Source: Bacteroidia bacterium (GTDB lineage: Bacteria; Bacteroidota; Bacteroidia; B-17B0; Aurantibacillaceae). From it: DNA of 64,000 nucleotides. Of this stretch, positions 1-10,783 are shown in pieces. Each line of letters opens with the position of its first letter. The stretch's first letter is position 1. The notes under the pieces are model-generated. The model was not told where the DNA came from and made no database searches. It saw only the letters and a program-made list of their open reading frames with translations. The DNA lies in NCBI GenBank assembly GCA_025451115.1, contig JANWKZ010000019.1:192-64191 (forward strand). Reading direction: 5' to 3'. The position numbers and the translations under genes are program-made.

Positions 1-1
1 C

Positions 2-307
2 CTTAGCGACGCCATCATTAAAATGACCGAGTTCGGTTTCGGCGCTATTACTGTGGTAGATAAAAGCAATAAAGCCATTGGCGTTTTTACCGATGGTGGT
101 TTACGTCGTGCCATTGCCGAAAAAGGCCGTGATGTATTGCAGAAAAAGCTTTCCGACCTGAGCTTTAACGCCCCTATCTCTGTAGAGGCCGGTGTTCTTT
201 TGAACGAAGCTGCGGCCATCTTTAAAAAGACCAATGTAGACACGCTCCTGGTACTGGATAACGGCAAGCCCGTGGGAATGCTTGATATTCAGGACATGAA
301 AGGTTAA
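2..307 (+). CDS. C-terminal CBS-domain pair, probably of a KpsF/GutQ sugar-phosphate isomerase (5' end lies outside the window)
   Basis: Frame is open to the window edge. GVFTDG.LRR and VGMLDIQD match the KpsF/KdsD CBS tail. Confidence 0.75.
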   Translation, partial: LSDAIIKMTEFGFGAITVVDKSNKAIGVFTDGGLRRAIAEKGRDVLQKKLSDLSFNAPISVEAGVLLNEAAAIFKKTNVDTLLVLDNGKPVGMLDIQDMKG

Positions 308-358
308 AAGGTGTTAAATCCCCTTGGCACTATTATTGGTTTTACAGTCATAATTAGT

Positions 359-366
359 TACATTTG
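359..366 (+). promoter_or_regulatory. Bacteroidota -7 promoter box (TACATTTG) for ompH
   Basis: Exact TAnnTTTG, 24 nt upstream of ATG 391. Confidence 0.65.
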
Positions 367-390
367 CTATCCCTAAAAATTAAAGTAAAC

Positions 391-984
391 ATGAAAAGAC
401 TCCTTAAATCTGTTGCGGTTGCGGCTCTTTTGATCGGCGCTCAACAGTTGTCGGCCCAGAAGATCGCTCACGTACAGCTCGATTCTTTGATCCAGCTTAT
501 GCCGGAGACCAAACAAGCCATGGACATTGCTCAGAGCTACCTGAAAGACCTGGAAAAGCAGGTAGCCAGTATGAAGACTGAATTCGATACTAAATACCAG
601 GATTACCTGGCTAACGAAGCTTCTTACAGCGAACTGGTAAAAAAGACCAAGCAGGAAGAGCTGCAAAGCCTGAACCAGCGCATTACAGACTTCCAGACAC
701 AGGCGCAGCAGGATTACCAGAAGAAATACATGGAGCTTTCAAGGCCTATCCAGGATAAAGCTAAAAAGGCCATTGACGCTGTTGCCAAAGAGAATGGCTA
801 CAAATACATCCTTGATACAAGCACCGGATTGGTTCTTTATTCTGAGCCCAGCGATGATGTATTAATGTTATGCAAAAAGAAACTTGATTCGATGCCTGCC
901 GCGGTACTTCCCGGCCAGGGCGGCGGAACTGCTCCTAAAAAAGACAATCCAAAACCTCAGCCTAAGACCGGCGGAGGGAAATAA
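391..984 (+). CDS. ompH: OmpH/Skp periplasmic chaperone
   Basis: Signal peptide, QKIAHV.LDSL..LMPE, coiled coil, AI..VAKENGY.YILD. Start placed at ATG 391. Confidence 0.9.
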   Translation: MKRLLKSVAVAALLIGAQQLSAQKIAHVQLDSLIQLMPETKQAMDIAQSYLKDLEKQVASMKTEFDTKYQDYLANEASYSELVKKTKQEELQSLNQRITDFQTQAQQDYQKKYMELSRPIQDKAKKAIDAVAKENGYKYILDTSTGLVLYSEPSDDVLMLCKKKLDSMPAAVLPGQGGGTAPKKDNPKPQPKTGGGK

Positions 985-1006
985 TAAGACCTTACTTTGT
1001 ACTAAG

Positions 1007-1034
1007 AACCCAGACAGAACTGTCTGGGTTTTTT
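1007..1034 (+). terminator. Rho-independent terminator
   Basis: AACCCAGACAG-AA-CTGTCTGGGTT followed by a T run. Confidence 0.85.
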
Positions 1035-1143
1035 GTTGGGCGCTGATACTTCTTGGATAGAAGATAGATTCCGCCTTATGTGAAACATTCCTTGACTAAG
1101 TAAAAACTTCTGGGTTTTCATTTTTTGTTCCTATTTACTTAAT

Positions 1144-1350
1144 ATGATCCGATTTGATATCATAGGCAATAACCCAATAATAGTAAGTTATAGCCTATCT
1201 TGCATGGAGCCGCACAAGAGAAATGCTCAGCAGGAACTCCGCTCTGCAATTGCGGAACTTTGCCAAAAACACAGTGGATGGGGCTACGAAGTATTTGAGA
1301 CCAAGGGAAATCCTTTTACCCAAATCGTCGTGTTCCAGGCAAAGGCCTGA
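1144..1350 (+). CDS. Small hypothetical protein (start may be ATG 1204)
   Basis: Only ORF in an otherwise empty interval, followed by a bidirectional terminator. No recognisable motif. Confidence 0.35.
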   Translation: MIRFDIIGNNPIIVSYSLSCMEPHKRNAQQELRSAIAELCQKHSGWGYEVFETKGNPFTQIVVFQAKA

Positions 1351-1391
1351 ATCACGTTAGGTACTCTACATCTGAAAATGTGGTAAAGCAA

Positions 1392-1416
1392 AAACCCCCG
1401 CCAATGGCGAGGGTTT
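1392..1416. terminator. Bidirectional terminator
   Basis: AAACCCCCGCCA-A-TGGCGAGGGTTT between convergent genes. Confidence 0.75.
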
Positions 1417-1436
1417 CTTTAACATCATTTAAAATC

Positions 1437-3179
1437 TTATTGAACTAGCGCTTTGAAGTCAGCGTTCTCTCTCCATTTCAGGAATTCGCAATCTTCTTTA
1501 GCAGCAGCCTTTAAAGAACCATCTTTTTCGATAGCTGTTTTCAGGAAGCCCATTCCGCCCGCTGAATCACCTTTACGTGCAGCAGCAATAGCGCGCAGGT
1601 AAGAGCTCAGGGCCATATCTTTTTCGTTGCTTGCATCCAGCGTAGCGGTCACGCTCTCGGCGTTACCGTTCAATAACTGGGCAAGGGCTAAGTTAAATCC
1701 TTTGTAAGAACCGAAGTTGTTAACCGCATCAGCGTATTTACCATCACGAACCTGAACAATAGCTTTGTTATAGTTCACTTCGTTTCCGGCACCGCTTGCC
1801 TTGTTATACATTTCCATAGCACCACGACGATCACCGGCTTTTGCCAGGATGATACCCTGGTTGTTTGAAACGATAGCGTTACCGTTAGCGTTTTTAGCAG
1901 CGCGCTCGAAAGCAGCTTTCGCGTCATCAGTTTTGTTGGTCATCAGGTAAGTAACACCTAAGTTGTTAGAACCTCTCCAATCAGCAGGATATAACCTTTC
2001 TGCTGCTTTGTAAATGTTCATTTGAGTATTTACATCAGTGGTTAAAGTAGCGCCGTATAAAAGCTCCTCAATGCTTAATGAATCGGGGTTGCTGTTAGCA
2101 AGGCGGGTGATCATTTCATCTGTGCGTGATTTTTTGTCAACGATTACGGTGATCTCTGCACGACGCAGTTTTGGTAACACCTGATCTTTTAACTCTTTGT
2201 AGGTCTCAGACAGGTTCTTAATTTCTTTACGACGTTGTTCTGGATCGCTGTACATGGTAAGAACACGTAAGATCAGATCTTTGTCTTTCATGGTGCTTGC
2301 TTCCATCATGCCTTTGAAACCCTCCCAGTCTTCGCGGGTTGTAACCACTTTATACTGATCTTTTGATTTACCAAAAGTTACGTCTTTGTTCTTGTTCTTT
2401 TTGAATTCGCCAACCATTGCGTCAGAACCGGTCTTAGCGCGGTCTTGTGCAAGTTTTTCGTTCTTGTCGGTTTCTCCATCAGGTGATGCGTAAGCAGAAA
2501 CGTCGATGCCTTTGAACTCATACCAGGTAGTATTGGCTAAGTTAGCGCCAATGAAGGTTGATACACCTTTCATTTCGTCGCTTTTCATTTCAGCAGGACG
2601 AACTGTTGATTGAGCCAGTGCGTAATAGATGTGAGTAACCTGGTTCATTGGAGTGGTTTTCACAAAAGCGTCTTTCGCGAAAATTCCTTTCTCGTCGTTA
2701 CGAACTAACAGCGGGGTAACGATAGTACCATCTGCCATCTTAACGGCTTTGAACTCTTTTGTTTTCTTTTTAACTGCGCCCGAAGCACGAACTTCGAGGA
2801 TCGCGTTCTTCATTCCGCCTTCATAAACAGTGCGGAAAGATTTTGAGTAAGTACCTCCTTTTTCGTAAGGTATCTTTTGTCCATTCCCTACGGCTTTTTC
2901 ACCTAAAAGAACTACAGGCTCAAGGGCTTTTTCGCCGCCGCCATTATATTTTATAACCGGTGTTAAGGTTACAGTTGCCTTTTTGGCAAACAGTTTAGCC
3001 GGATATTTTCCCGTTACGGTAAAAGCTACGGTATCTCCGTGCATTTCAAGAGGTTTGGGAGTAACCTCGTGCGTAATGAGGTTTTGCTTCTTGACCATTT
3101 TGCCCAGTCCATCGCAAGCGGTAAGTAGCACTGCCGATCCTGCAACAACTGTTAACAACTTAATAAGGTTCTTTTGCAT
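1437..3179 (-). CDS. TPR lipoprotein with a divergent OmpA-like domain
   Basis: Lipobox LTAC, AYASPDG...N.KLA..RA motif, C-terminal TPRs. Start moved to the ATG at 3179. Confidence 0.8.
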   Translation of the reverse strand: MQKNLIKLLTVVAGSAVLLTACDGLGKMVKKQNLITHEVTPKPLEMHGDTVAFTVTGKYPAKLFAKKATVTLTPVIKYNGGGEKALEPVVLLGEKAVGNGQKIPYEKGGTYSKSFRTVYEGGMKNAILEVRASGAVKKKTKEFKAVKMADGTIVTPLLVRNDEKGIFAKDAFVKTTPMNQVTHIYYALAQSTVRPAEMKSDEMKGVSTFIGANLANTTWYEFKGIDVSAYASPDGETDKNEKLAQDRAKTGSDAMVGEFKKNKNKDVTFGKSKDQYKVVTTREDWEGFKGMMEASTMKDKDLILRVLTMYSDPEQRRKEIKNLSETYKELKDQVLPKLRRAEITVIVDKKSRTDEMITRLANSNPDSLSIEELLYGATLTTDVNTQMNIYKAAERLYPADWRGSNNLGVTYLMTNKTDDAKAAFERAAKNANGNAIVSNNQGIILAKAGDRRGAMEMYNKASGAGNEVNYNKAIVQVRDGKYADAVNNFGSYKGFNLALAQLLNGNAESVTATLDASNEKDMALSSYLRAIAAARKGDSAGGMGFLKTAIEKDGSLKAAAKEDCEFLKWRENADFKALVQ

Positions 3180-3326
3180 GTTTTTGATTTTTAAAATGAT
3201 GTCTTTTTCAGACCGCAATTATAAACATAGTTTGTTAAATAAAAAAATTAAAGTTAGCAGCGGTTTTTATCGGGTTTTTAGGGGGAATTTCAGGGTTTTT
3301 CTTGCATTATTCTGCATCTTTGCCCA

Positions 3327-3860
3327 ATGAACACCAAATTGAAGAACGAAGAGCTTGGAAGAATGAGTGCAGACGATTTTAAGGGGGCCAAAAAGCTCGA
3401 TTTGGTCGTGTTGCTCGACAACGTAAGGAGCCTACATAACGTGGGGTCCGTTTTTCGTACCTGCGACGCTTTTTTAGTGGAAAAACTCTACCTCTGCGGC
3501 TACACCGGCACTCCGCCCAATAAGGAAATCAATAAAACCGCACTTGGAGCAACAGAAAGTGTTGATTGGAAGCACGAAAAAGACATAAAATCGCTTATTT
3601 TAACATTAAAATCGCAAAAAATGACCGTTTTTGCTGTAGAACAGGCCAAAAATGCTGTTTTTTTGGAGAATCTTGAGGTGTCGAAAGGTCAAAAGTATGC
3701 GCTTGTCTTTGGGAATGAGGTCAACGGGGTTGACCAGGAAGTGGTGGATCTGTGTGACGGATGTATTGAGATCAGCCAGGGTGGTACCAAGCACTCTTTG
3801 AATATTGCCGTGAGCGCCGGCGTTGTGATTTGGGAGTTCTATAAACGATTTAAAAAATAA
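3327..3860 (+). CDS. TrmH/SpoU-family RNA 2'-O-methyltransferase
   Basis: LDNVRS.HNVGS.FRT, FGNE..GV, SLN.AVSAG SPOUT motifs. Confidence 0.92.
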   Translation: MNTKLKNEELGRMSADDFKGAKKLDLVVLLDNVRSLHNVGSVFRTCDAFLVEKLYLCGYTGTPPNKEINKTALGATESVDWKHEKDIKSLILTLKSQKMTVFAVEQAKNAVFLENLEVSKGQKYALVFGNEVNGVDQEVVDLCDGCIEISQGGTKHSLNIAVSAGVVIWEFYKRFKK

Positions 3861-3881
3861 AGGCCGCATCTCTGCGGCCTT
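3860..3881. terminator. Hairpin terminator between convergent genes
   Basis: AAGGCCGCA-TCTC-TGCGGCCTT. Confidence 0.7.
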
Positions 3882-3902
3882 CGTTTTCCAAATTTGGTAT
3901 TA

Positions 3903-5324
3903 TTATTTAAGGCTCCCCACCATGTCTTCGGGGCGCACCCACTGATCGAATTGTTCATTGGTAACATATCCCAATTCTACCGCCGCTTCGCGCAAAGTTT
4001 TGTTTTCCTTATGCGCTTTCTTTGCAATTTTTGCGGCTTTCTCATACCCAATATGGGTGTTAAGCGAAGTAACCAGCATCAAAGAATTCTCCATGTGCTT
4101 TTTGATCACCTCTTTGTTTGGCTCGATGCCTACGGCGCATTTATCATTGAAAGAAACGCAGGCATCCCCGATGAGACGGGCGCTTTGTAATACGTTGGCA
4201 GCAATTACCGGCTTGAAAACGTTCAATTCAAAATGACCATTCAATCCGCCTATTGACGCAGCCACATCGTTACCGATAACCTGCGCGCAAACCATCGTCA
4301 TTGCTTCTGGTTGTGTTGGGTTCACTTTACCTGGCATGATAGAAGAGCCGGGCTCGTTGTCCGGGATCACAATCTCTCCAATTCCGGAACGTGGGCCCGA
4401 GCTTAACATGCGGATATCATTAGCAATTTTAAAAAGCGACACCGCCGAGCGCTTCAGTGCACCGGATAATTCCACCATCGCGTCGTGAGCGGCAAGCGCT
4501 TCAAATTTATTGGGAGCAGTGACAAAAGGAAACCCTGTTAGGTCTGCAATTTTTTTTGCGACCAAAACGTCGTATCCCTTCGGAGTATTCAATCCTGTTC
4601 CAACCGCAGTTCCTCCTAATGCAAGTTCTTTCACGGCCTCCAGCGCATTTCTCAAGGCGCGAAGACTATTGGTAATTTGCTGCGCATACCCACTGAACTC
4701 TTGTCCCAATGTAAGCGGCGTAGCGTCCATAAAGTGGGTGCGGCCTGTCTTTACTATATTCTTATATTCTTCTGATTTTTTCTTGAGTGTGTCACGCAGT
4801 TTTTCCATGCCCGGAATGGTGATCTCCACAACCTGTTTGTACGCCGCAATGTGCATGGCTGTAGGATATGTATCATTACTCGACTGCGATTTGTTCACAT
4901 CGTCATTCGGATGTAATACTTTGTTCTCGTCTGTCAGTTTCCCGCCCGTAAGTACATGCGCGCGGTAAGCGATCACTTCGTTCGCATTCATATTGCTTTG
5001 TGTGCCCGAGCCGGTCTGCCAGATCACCAACGGAAATTGATCATCCAGTTTATGCGCCAGGATCTCGTCGCAAACTTTACCGATGAGGTCGCTTTTCTCC
5101 TTTGAGAGAACGCCTAATTCGCAATTTGCCTGCGCAGCCGCTTTTTTCAAATAACCAAAAGCGTGAATGATCTCTTTAGGCATGCTGGCCTCAGGACCAA
5201 TTTTAAAATTGTTGCGACTACGCTCGGTTTGCGCGCCCCAGTATTTATCGGCAGGTACTTTTACCTCGCCCATCGTGTCGTGTTCGGTACGGTATTCCAT
5301 ATTTGCTTTTATTACAGTTTCCAT
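3903..5324 (-). CDS. fumC: Class II fumarate hydratase
   Basis: [11 protein letters not shown] signature, [18 protein letters not shown]. Confidence 0.97.
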   Translation of the reverse strand: METVIKANMEYRTEHDTMGEVKVPADKYWGAQTERSRNNFKIGPEASMPKEIIHAFGYLKKAAAQANCELGVLSKEKSDLIGKVCDEILAHKLDDQFPLVIWQTGSGTQSNMNANEVIAYRAHVLTGGKLTDENKVLHPNDDVNKSQSSNDTYPTAMHIAAYKQVVEITIPGMEKLRDTLKKKSEEYKNIVKTGRTHFMDATPLTLGQEFSGYAQQITNSLRALRNALEAVKELALGGTAVGTGLNTPKGYDVLVAKKIADLTGFPFVTAPNKFEALAAHDAMVELSGALKRSAVSLFKIANDIRMLSSGPRSGIGEIVIPDNEPGSSIMPGKVNPTQPEAMTMVCAQVIGNDVAASIGGLNGHFELNVFKPVIAANVLQSARLIGDACVSFNDKCAVGIEPNKEVIKKHMENSLMLVTSLNTHIGYEKAAKIAKKAHKENKTLREAAVELGYVTNEQFDQWVRPEDMVGSLK

Positions 5325-5407
5325 AGGGCGAAAGTAGAAGATTTTACATTAAATAACTATCTTTTACCGGCATTTTCTTATCTTTATTTTTTAAACCAGA
5401 TGCCTGC

Positions 5408-6964
5408 ATGAGAAAACTTTTACTTTTTATCGCTGCCCTTTTTTTGGGGTCTTCTTTAGGCGCGCAACAGGCCACTTTTTCAAAGGTTTATTATGATTCG
5501 TTGCAATCCGGAACACAGGTTAATGCCATCGTCCCGGCTAACGGAGGTTCTTTTCTTGTTGCGGGGTTTTATTCAAGTCGCGATGGCTTAGCATTCAAGA
5601 TCGATTCCATCGGAAACCGACTTTGGAGTAAAACCTATCATTATTCTACTTTAACCTTCCCTTCCATACGTTTTAGTGCCGCAGCACCAACCTATGGTTC
5701 CTGTTTTATTCTTGCGGGCACGGCTTACGATTCTGTCAGCGGATTTCTATCTGCTTTATGCATGAAGATAGATGCGAACGGCGATACTATATGGAGCAAG
5801 GTGATAGAAAAAAGCGGTCACTATATCGAGATATTATCTATTAATGAAACGCACGATTCGGGTTATGTCATGACCGGTTATGCCGACCTTTCCGGACCAC
5901 CCTATGCTAAGCTATTTATTGCAAAAATGGATAAGGCCGGGGTTCTTTTGTGGTCTAATTTTTTTACGGCCGGAAATAATGGAGATTATGGTCATTCAGT
6001 GAAAGAAACGCCGGACAGCGGATTTGTGGTTTGTGGCGGTTTAAACTCAATTCCCGGAAGCTTTCTAATTAAATTAAATAAAACAGGATCGGTCTTGTGG
6101 TCCAAAAAATATATTGCCGGCACCAATCCCTGTTATTTCCATGACTTTGTCATCATGAACAACGGTTACTATTTGTACGGGTATGCCGGGCCTGACCTTG
6201 TTTTACTAAAGACCGACTTTAACGGAAACATACAATGGCAAAAGAACTGGTTGGCATACAGTGGCGGATATTTCATTAATGCGAGCCAGCCCAAACTTCA
6301 TAGAAAATCTGCCAATGAATATTATTTTATTTTAGGAACCTGTGGCGGAAGTTATTCTTTTAAGGTCGACTCAACGGGTAATATCATCTGGGCACAAAAT
6401 CTTACGCTAAATGCCATGGATATGCTCGAAACAAAAGACGCGGGATATCTTGTGGCAGGCAATGGCCCCATGTGTGCCATTAAGCTTACCAATCTAACCA
6501 TCCCGCATATTGGCCTTATTAAAACTGATTCTTTGGGCAACGAATCATCCTGCGTTTTCAGTTCCTCGATCCCGCCTGACATGGACCTTATAACTGCGAG
6601 CGTCGTCAGTTTTACCAATACTCCAGGCGCCATCTCAAAATCCATCAGGGCCGTGCCGGATACCCTTCTTATGGGTTCATTCGCGGGTTGTGTTGGGTGG
6701 ACCGGCAGCATTGAGGATGCAGATATAGCCGATGAATTCCTTATTTATCCTACTCCGGCAGAAAAAGAGTTTAGGATAGAATGTAAAAACAGTACTGAAA
6801 GAACTTTGTTTTTATTTGATGTTACAGGAACTTTACTCAAAAAAGCGGTATTTGGAGGCAATTCCATAACAATCAGCGTTCACGATCTTCCTTCCGGTTT
6901 GTATTTTGCCAGGATCATAACCCATGCTGGTTCTGTGGTAAAAAAAGTCGTGATTCAACATTAG
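5408..6964 (+). CDS. Secreted beta-propeller-like protein with a T9SS type A C-terminal domain
   Basis: Signal peptide, repeated K.D..G...W.K blades, IYP.P...LPSGLYF....KK CTD. Confidence 0.8.
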   Translation: MRKLLLFIAALFLGSSLGAQQATFSKVYYDSLQSGTQVNAIVPANGGSFLVAGFYSSRDGLAFKIDSIGNRLWSKTYHYSTLTFPSIRFSAAAPTYGSCFILAGTAYDSVSGFLSALCMKIDANGDTIWSKVIEKSGHYIEILSINETHDSGYVMTGYADLSGPPYAKLFIAKMDKAGVLLWSNFFTAGNNGDYGHSVKETPDSGFVVCGGLNSIPGSFLIKLNKTGSVLWSKKYIAGTNPCYFHDFVIMNNGYYLYGYAGPDLVLLKTDFNGNIQWQKNWLAYSGGYFINASQPKLHRKSANEYYFILGTCGGSYSFKVDSTGNIIWAQNLTLNAMDMLETKDAGYLVAGNGPMCAIKLTNLTIPHIGLIKTDSLGNESSCVFSSSIPPDMDLITASVVSFTNTPGAISKSIRAVPDTLLMGSFAGCVGWTGSIEDADIADEFLIYPTPAEKEFRIECKNSTERTLFLFDVTGTLLKKAVFGGNSITISVHDLPSGLYFARIITHAGSVVKKVVIQH

Positions 6965-7028
6965 GCTTTCGTTGGTATTTTAACACGGAACACTTCCTTT
7001 TTCTTACATTTGCACCCTATCCGTTTCT

Positions 7029-7571
7029 ATGGAAAAACAACTTGATATAGAAAAACTCAAATACCCAACCGGCAAGTTCGTTCCGGCTTCCGGCTTTAGT
7101 GCCGAGGTAGTTAAACAGCATATTGCCGAAATGGAAAGGTTGCCGGCCGATCTGGAAGCCCTTGTAAAAGGACTTTCTTCAAAAGAACTTTTGTATGGTT
7201 ATCGTCCGGGTAGCTGGAACATCAAACAGATCGTACATCATATTGCGGATAGTCACCTCAATTTTCATACTCGCCTACGCTTAACGCTTACCGAAGAAAA
7301 ACCAACCATCAAGCCCTATGATGAAAATGCCTGGGCAAAATTGGTTGACGGAAACAACGATGACCTTACTTCTTCTCTTGCGATCGTAAAAGGAGTTCAC
7401 GCGCGAGCGGTTGAGCTTTTGAAAACGCTGAACGAAAAAGATTTTGCGAGAGAGTATTATCATCCCGAAAATAAAAAAGACTGGACCTTATTCTGGCTGC
7501 TCGGGCTTTATGCCTGGCACGGAAAACATCATTTAGAGCAAATCAAGGTTGCTCTTAAACATAAATTTTAA
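7029..7571 (+). CDS. YfiT/BstA-family (DinB superfamily) thiol transferase
   Basis: YRPG.W...Q.VHH.ADSH, PYDE..WA, Y.WHG.HH. Confidence 0.88.
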   Translation: MEKQLDIEKLKYPTGKFVPASGFSAEVVKQHIAEMERLPADLEALVKGLSSKELLYGYRPGSWNIKQIVHHIADSHLNFHTRLRLTLTEEKPTIKPYDENAWAKLVDGNNDDLTSSLAIVKGVHARAVELLKTLNEKDFAREYYHPENKKDWTLFWLLGLYAWHGKHHLEQIKVALKHKF

Positions 7572-7573
7572 TT

Positions 7574-9373
7574 GTGGAAACTAAACTAAGAACACATACC
7601 TGTGGCGAACTGCGAATTACAGACGTTGGAAAAACTGTTACGCTTTGTGGATGGGTCCAAATAACCCGAAAAATGGGCGGTTTGACTTTTATAGATTTAC
7701 GGGATAGATATGGTATTACCCAGTTAAAGATCTCCCCTGAAAATTTAGATGAGCAAACGCCTCAAGAAGTTATTACTTATACGAAACGAGAATACGTAGT
7801 ACAGGTCTCCGGGAGCGTAATTGAACGCCAAAGTAAAAACAGCAACCTCCCTACTGGAGAAATTGAAATAGAAGTATATAATTTTGGTCATTTAAATACA
7901 TCTATTACGCCTCCTTTCACCATCGAAGATGAAACCGACGGCGGCGATGAATTGCGAATGAAATACCGATACCTCGATCTGCGCCGTAACATTGTGAGAA
8001 AGAATTTAGAGCTTCGGCATCGCTTAGCTATTGAAACGCGCAATTACCTCGACAAATTAAATTTCTTGGAGGTAGAAACTCCTGTGCTCATCAAATCAAC
8101 ACCTGAAGGCGCCCGCGACTTCGTAGTTCCTTCTCGTGTCCATGAAGGAGAATTCTATGCGTTGCCCCAGTCGCCGCAAACCTTCAAACAACTATTGATG
8201 GTGAGTGGATTTGACCGTTACTACCAAATTGTAAAATGTTTCCGCGATGAAGATCTTCGCGCGGATCGTCAGCCTGAGTTCACGCAGATAGACTGTGAGA
8301 TGAGCTTCGTAGAGCAGGAAGACATTCTTCAAACGTTTGAAGGGTTAACCCGCCATTTATTTAAAACAGTTAAAGGAATTGACATTCCAACATTGCCACG
8401 CATGACCTATGCCGACGCAATGAAATATTATGGAAATGATAAGCCTGACACCCGTTTTGAGATGAAATTCGTTGAGCTGAATGGCGTGGTGAAAGGAAAG
8501 AATTTCAAGGTGTTTGATGACGCTGGACTCGTTGTGGGTATTTGTGCAAAAGGTGCGGCAGAATACACGCGCAAGCAATTGGATGAGCTTACCGAATTTG
8601 TAAAGCGTCCGCAGATCGGGGCGACCGGACTTGTGTACGCAAGATTTAATGCAGACGGCACCTTAAAATCGAGTGTAGATAAATTCTACAATGAGGAAGA
8701 ACTGAAAAAATGGGCGGCCACGTTCAATGCGCAGCCGGGGGATCTTATGCTTGTGTTAGCCGGAGAAGAAAATAAAACACGTAAAGCTTTATCTGAGTTA
8801 CGTTTGGAAATGGGCTCTCGTTTGGGCTTGCGAGATAAGAACAAATTTTCGTGCCTTTGGGTAATTGATTTTCCTTTATTGGAGTGGAATGAAGGAGACA
8901 CGAATCTTTTGGAATCTCTACGTGGACGCTGGGTGGCCAAACACCATCCTTTTACCTCTCCGAAAGCGGAAGATGTGGCGCTGTTAAATACAAACCCTGG
9001 CACGGTTCGTGCTAATGCTTATGATATAGTGATAAATGGAGTGGAAATAGGGGGTGGCTCAATACGAATTCACAACAAGGAATTGCAGGCCAAAATGTTT
9101 GAGGTGCTTGGATTCACGAAAGAAGAAGCGCAGAACCAGTTCGGCTTCCTGATGAACGCTTTTGAATTTGGCGCTCCTCCTCATGGTGGTATCGCTTTTG
9201 GTTTCGACCGTCTTTGTTCGATGTTCGGTGGCGCAGATTCGATCCGCGACTTCATCGCTTTCCCAAAGAACAACTCGGCGCGCGACGTGATGATCGACAG
9301 CCCGAGCGAAATAAGCGAAGAGCAATTGAACGAATTGCATATCTTAGTAAAAAAAGAAGAAAAGAAAATATAA
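7574..9373 (+). CDS. aspS: Aspartate--tRNA ligase
   Basis: [43 protein letters not shown]. Confidence 0.97.
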   Translation: METKLRTHTCGELRITDVGKTVTLCGWVQITRKMGGLTFIDLRDRYGITQLKISPENLDEQTPQEVITYTKREYVVQVSGSVIERQSKNSNLPTGEIEIEVYNFGHLNTSITPPFTIEDETDGGDELRMKYRYLDLRRNIVRKNLELRHRLAIETRNYLDKLNFLEVETPVLIKSTPEGARDFVVPSRVHEGEFYALPQSPQTFKQLLMVSGFDRYYQIVKCFRDEDLRADRQPEFTQIDCEMSFVEQEDILQTFEGLTRHLFKTVKGIDIPTLPRMTYADAMKYYGNDKPDTRFEMKFVELNGVVKGKNFKVFDDAGLVVGICAKGAAEYTRKQLDELTEFVKRPQIGATGLVYARFNADGTLKSSVDKFYNEEELKKWAATFNAQPGDLMLVLAGEENKTRKALSELRLEMGSRLGLRDKNKFSCLWVIDFPLLEWNEGDTNLLESLRGRWVAKHHPFTSPKAEDVALLNTNPGTVRANAYDIVINGVEIGGGSIRIHNKELQAKMFEVLGFTKEEAQNQFGFLMNAFEFGAPPHGGIAFGFDRLCSMFGGADSIRDFIAFPKNNSARDVMIDSPSEISEEQLNELHILVKKEEKKI

Positions 9374-9390
9374 CCCAAAAACACAATAAC

Positions 9391-9849
9391 ATGAAAACAA
9401 GATCACTTCTCATTGCCCTGGCTCTTTTTGTAGGTATCTCTGTTTCGGCACAGATCAAATCTACCTCAGCCACCAAGGCTCCGGCCAAGACCGGTACCTC
9501 AAAATCCACCCAAAGCGGTCAGACCAGCGGCGGTACCACAACCCCACCCGCCTGCTACGCAGGCAAAACCTGGAAACTTTCGAAGATCGAAAAATTCGGT
9601 GTGGAGAAAGATCCGGGCGATGATCAAAAAGGCGATATGCTCATACTCAACCTGGATGGAACTTTTAAGATCATTCTTAAAGGCGTTGAAAAAACAGGAA
9701 CTTACTCCCGCGGAAGCTGGTTGAATCTGAAACCCGCCGACGGAAGCGAAGCGCTTCCAATAAAAGTTGAATCTTGTAACGATTCTGAACTGAAAGCTGA
9801 CTGGCGCGATGGTGATACGCACAACCATTTTACCTACAAGGCACAGTAA
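9391..9849 (+). CDS. Secreted lipocalin-like protein
   Basis: Signal peptide from ATG 9391, S/T-rich linker, GKTWKL and DGTF motifs. Confidence 0.6.
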   Translation: MKTRSLLIALALFVGISVSAQIKSTSATKAPAKTGTSKSTQSGQTSGGTTTPPACYAGKTWKLSKIEKFGVEKDPGDDQKGDMLILNLDGTFKIILKGVEKTGTYSRGSWLNLKPADGSEALPIKVESCNDSELKADWRDGDTHNHFTYKAQ

Positions 9850-9854
9850 ACTGT

Positions 9855-10781
9855 ATGGTAGAGTTCTCGGTCATCATCCCGATCTATAACGAAGAACTGA
9901 ACATCCCCAACCTCTTAACACGGTTAAGGCCCGTGATTGAAAGGACGGGGATGTCGTATGAATTATTGTTTGTGAATGACGGCAGCCGCGACAACTCCCT
10001 GCAACTTATTAAAGCGCTTGCGCTTGCCGATCCTCATGTAAGATATATTGATTTCAGCCGCAATTTTGGTCACCAGGTGGCTGTTACTGCGGGGATCGAT
10101 CATTGCAAAGGCGATATTATTGCGATCATTGATGCCGATCTGCAGGATCCTCCGGAGCTTATTGAAGAAATGATCGCGCTTATAAAACAGGGCTATCAGA
10201 ACGTTTATGCAAAACGCCGTTCGAGGAAAGATAAGAACGTCCTGAAAAAAGCGTCTTACAAAGTATTTTACCGCTTGCTGGCGCGCATCTCTAACGTAGA
10301 AGTTCCTCTGGATACAGGTGACTTCAGAGTGATGACAAGAAAAGTTGCGGAGGTGTTGAAGAACATGCCGGAGCAGCACAAATTCTTGCGCGGACAAATT
10401 GCCTGGTTGGGCTTTAAGCAAACCTTTGTTGAATACGATCGCGACGTGCGAGCCGCCGGCGAGCCGGGCTATACTTACAAAAAACTTTTTCGCTTGGCTT
10501 TTGATGGCATCACGGGCTTTTCAAATGTTCCCTTACGTATCGCAACCATCATGGGCTTTGTTGTTTCGGGAATTTCATTATTATTTATTTTATACGCGCT
10601 CTTTGGTTATTTCTTTTTCAAGACCGATATGCCAAGAGGATGGACCTCGCTGATGATCGCCATTTCTTTTATTGGCGGTGTACAGCTTATTTGCATCGGC
10701 ATCATTGGCGAGTACATCAGTCGCCTGCAAACCGATATCCGCAATCGGCCACTTTATATTGTTAACGAAACAAACTGTTAA
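9855..10781 (+). CDS. GT2 glycosyltransferase (GtrB/YkcC-like, polyprenol-phosphate)
   Basis: VNDGS.D, SRNFGHQ.A, DADLQDPP, two C-terminal TM helices. Confidence 0.9.
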   Translation: MVEFSVIIPIYNEELNIPNLLTRLRPVIERTGMSYELLFVNDGSRDNSLQLIKALALADPHVRYIDFSRNFGHQVAVTAGIDHCKGDIIAIIDADLQDPPELIEEMIALIKQGYQNVYAKRRSRKDKNVLKKASYKVFYRLLARISNVEVPLDTGDFRVMTRKVAEVLKNMPEQHKFLRGQIAWLGFKQTFVEYDRDVRAAGEPGYTYKKLFRLAFDGITGFSNVPLRIATIMGFVVSGISLLFILYALFGYFFFKTDMPRGWTSLMIAISFIGGVQLICIGIIGEYISRLQTDIRNRPLYIVNETNC

Positions 10782-10783
10782 GT

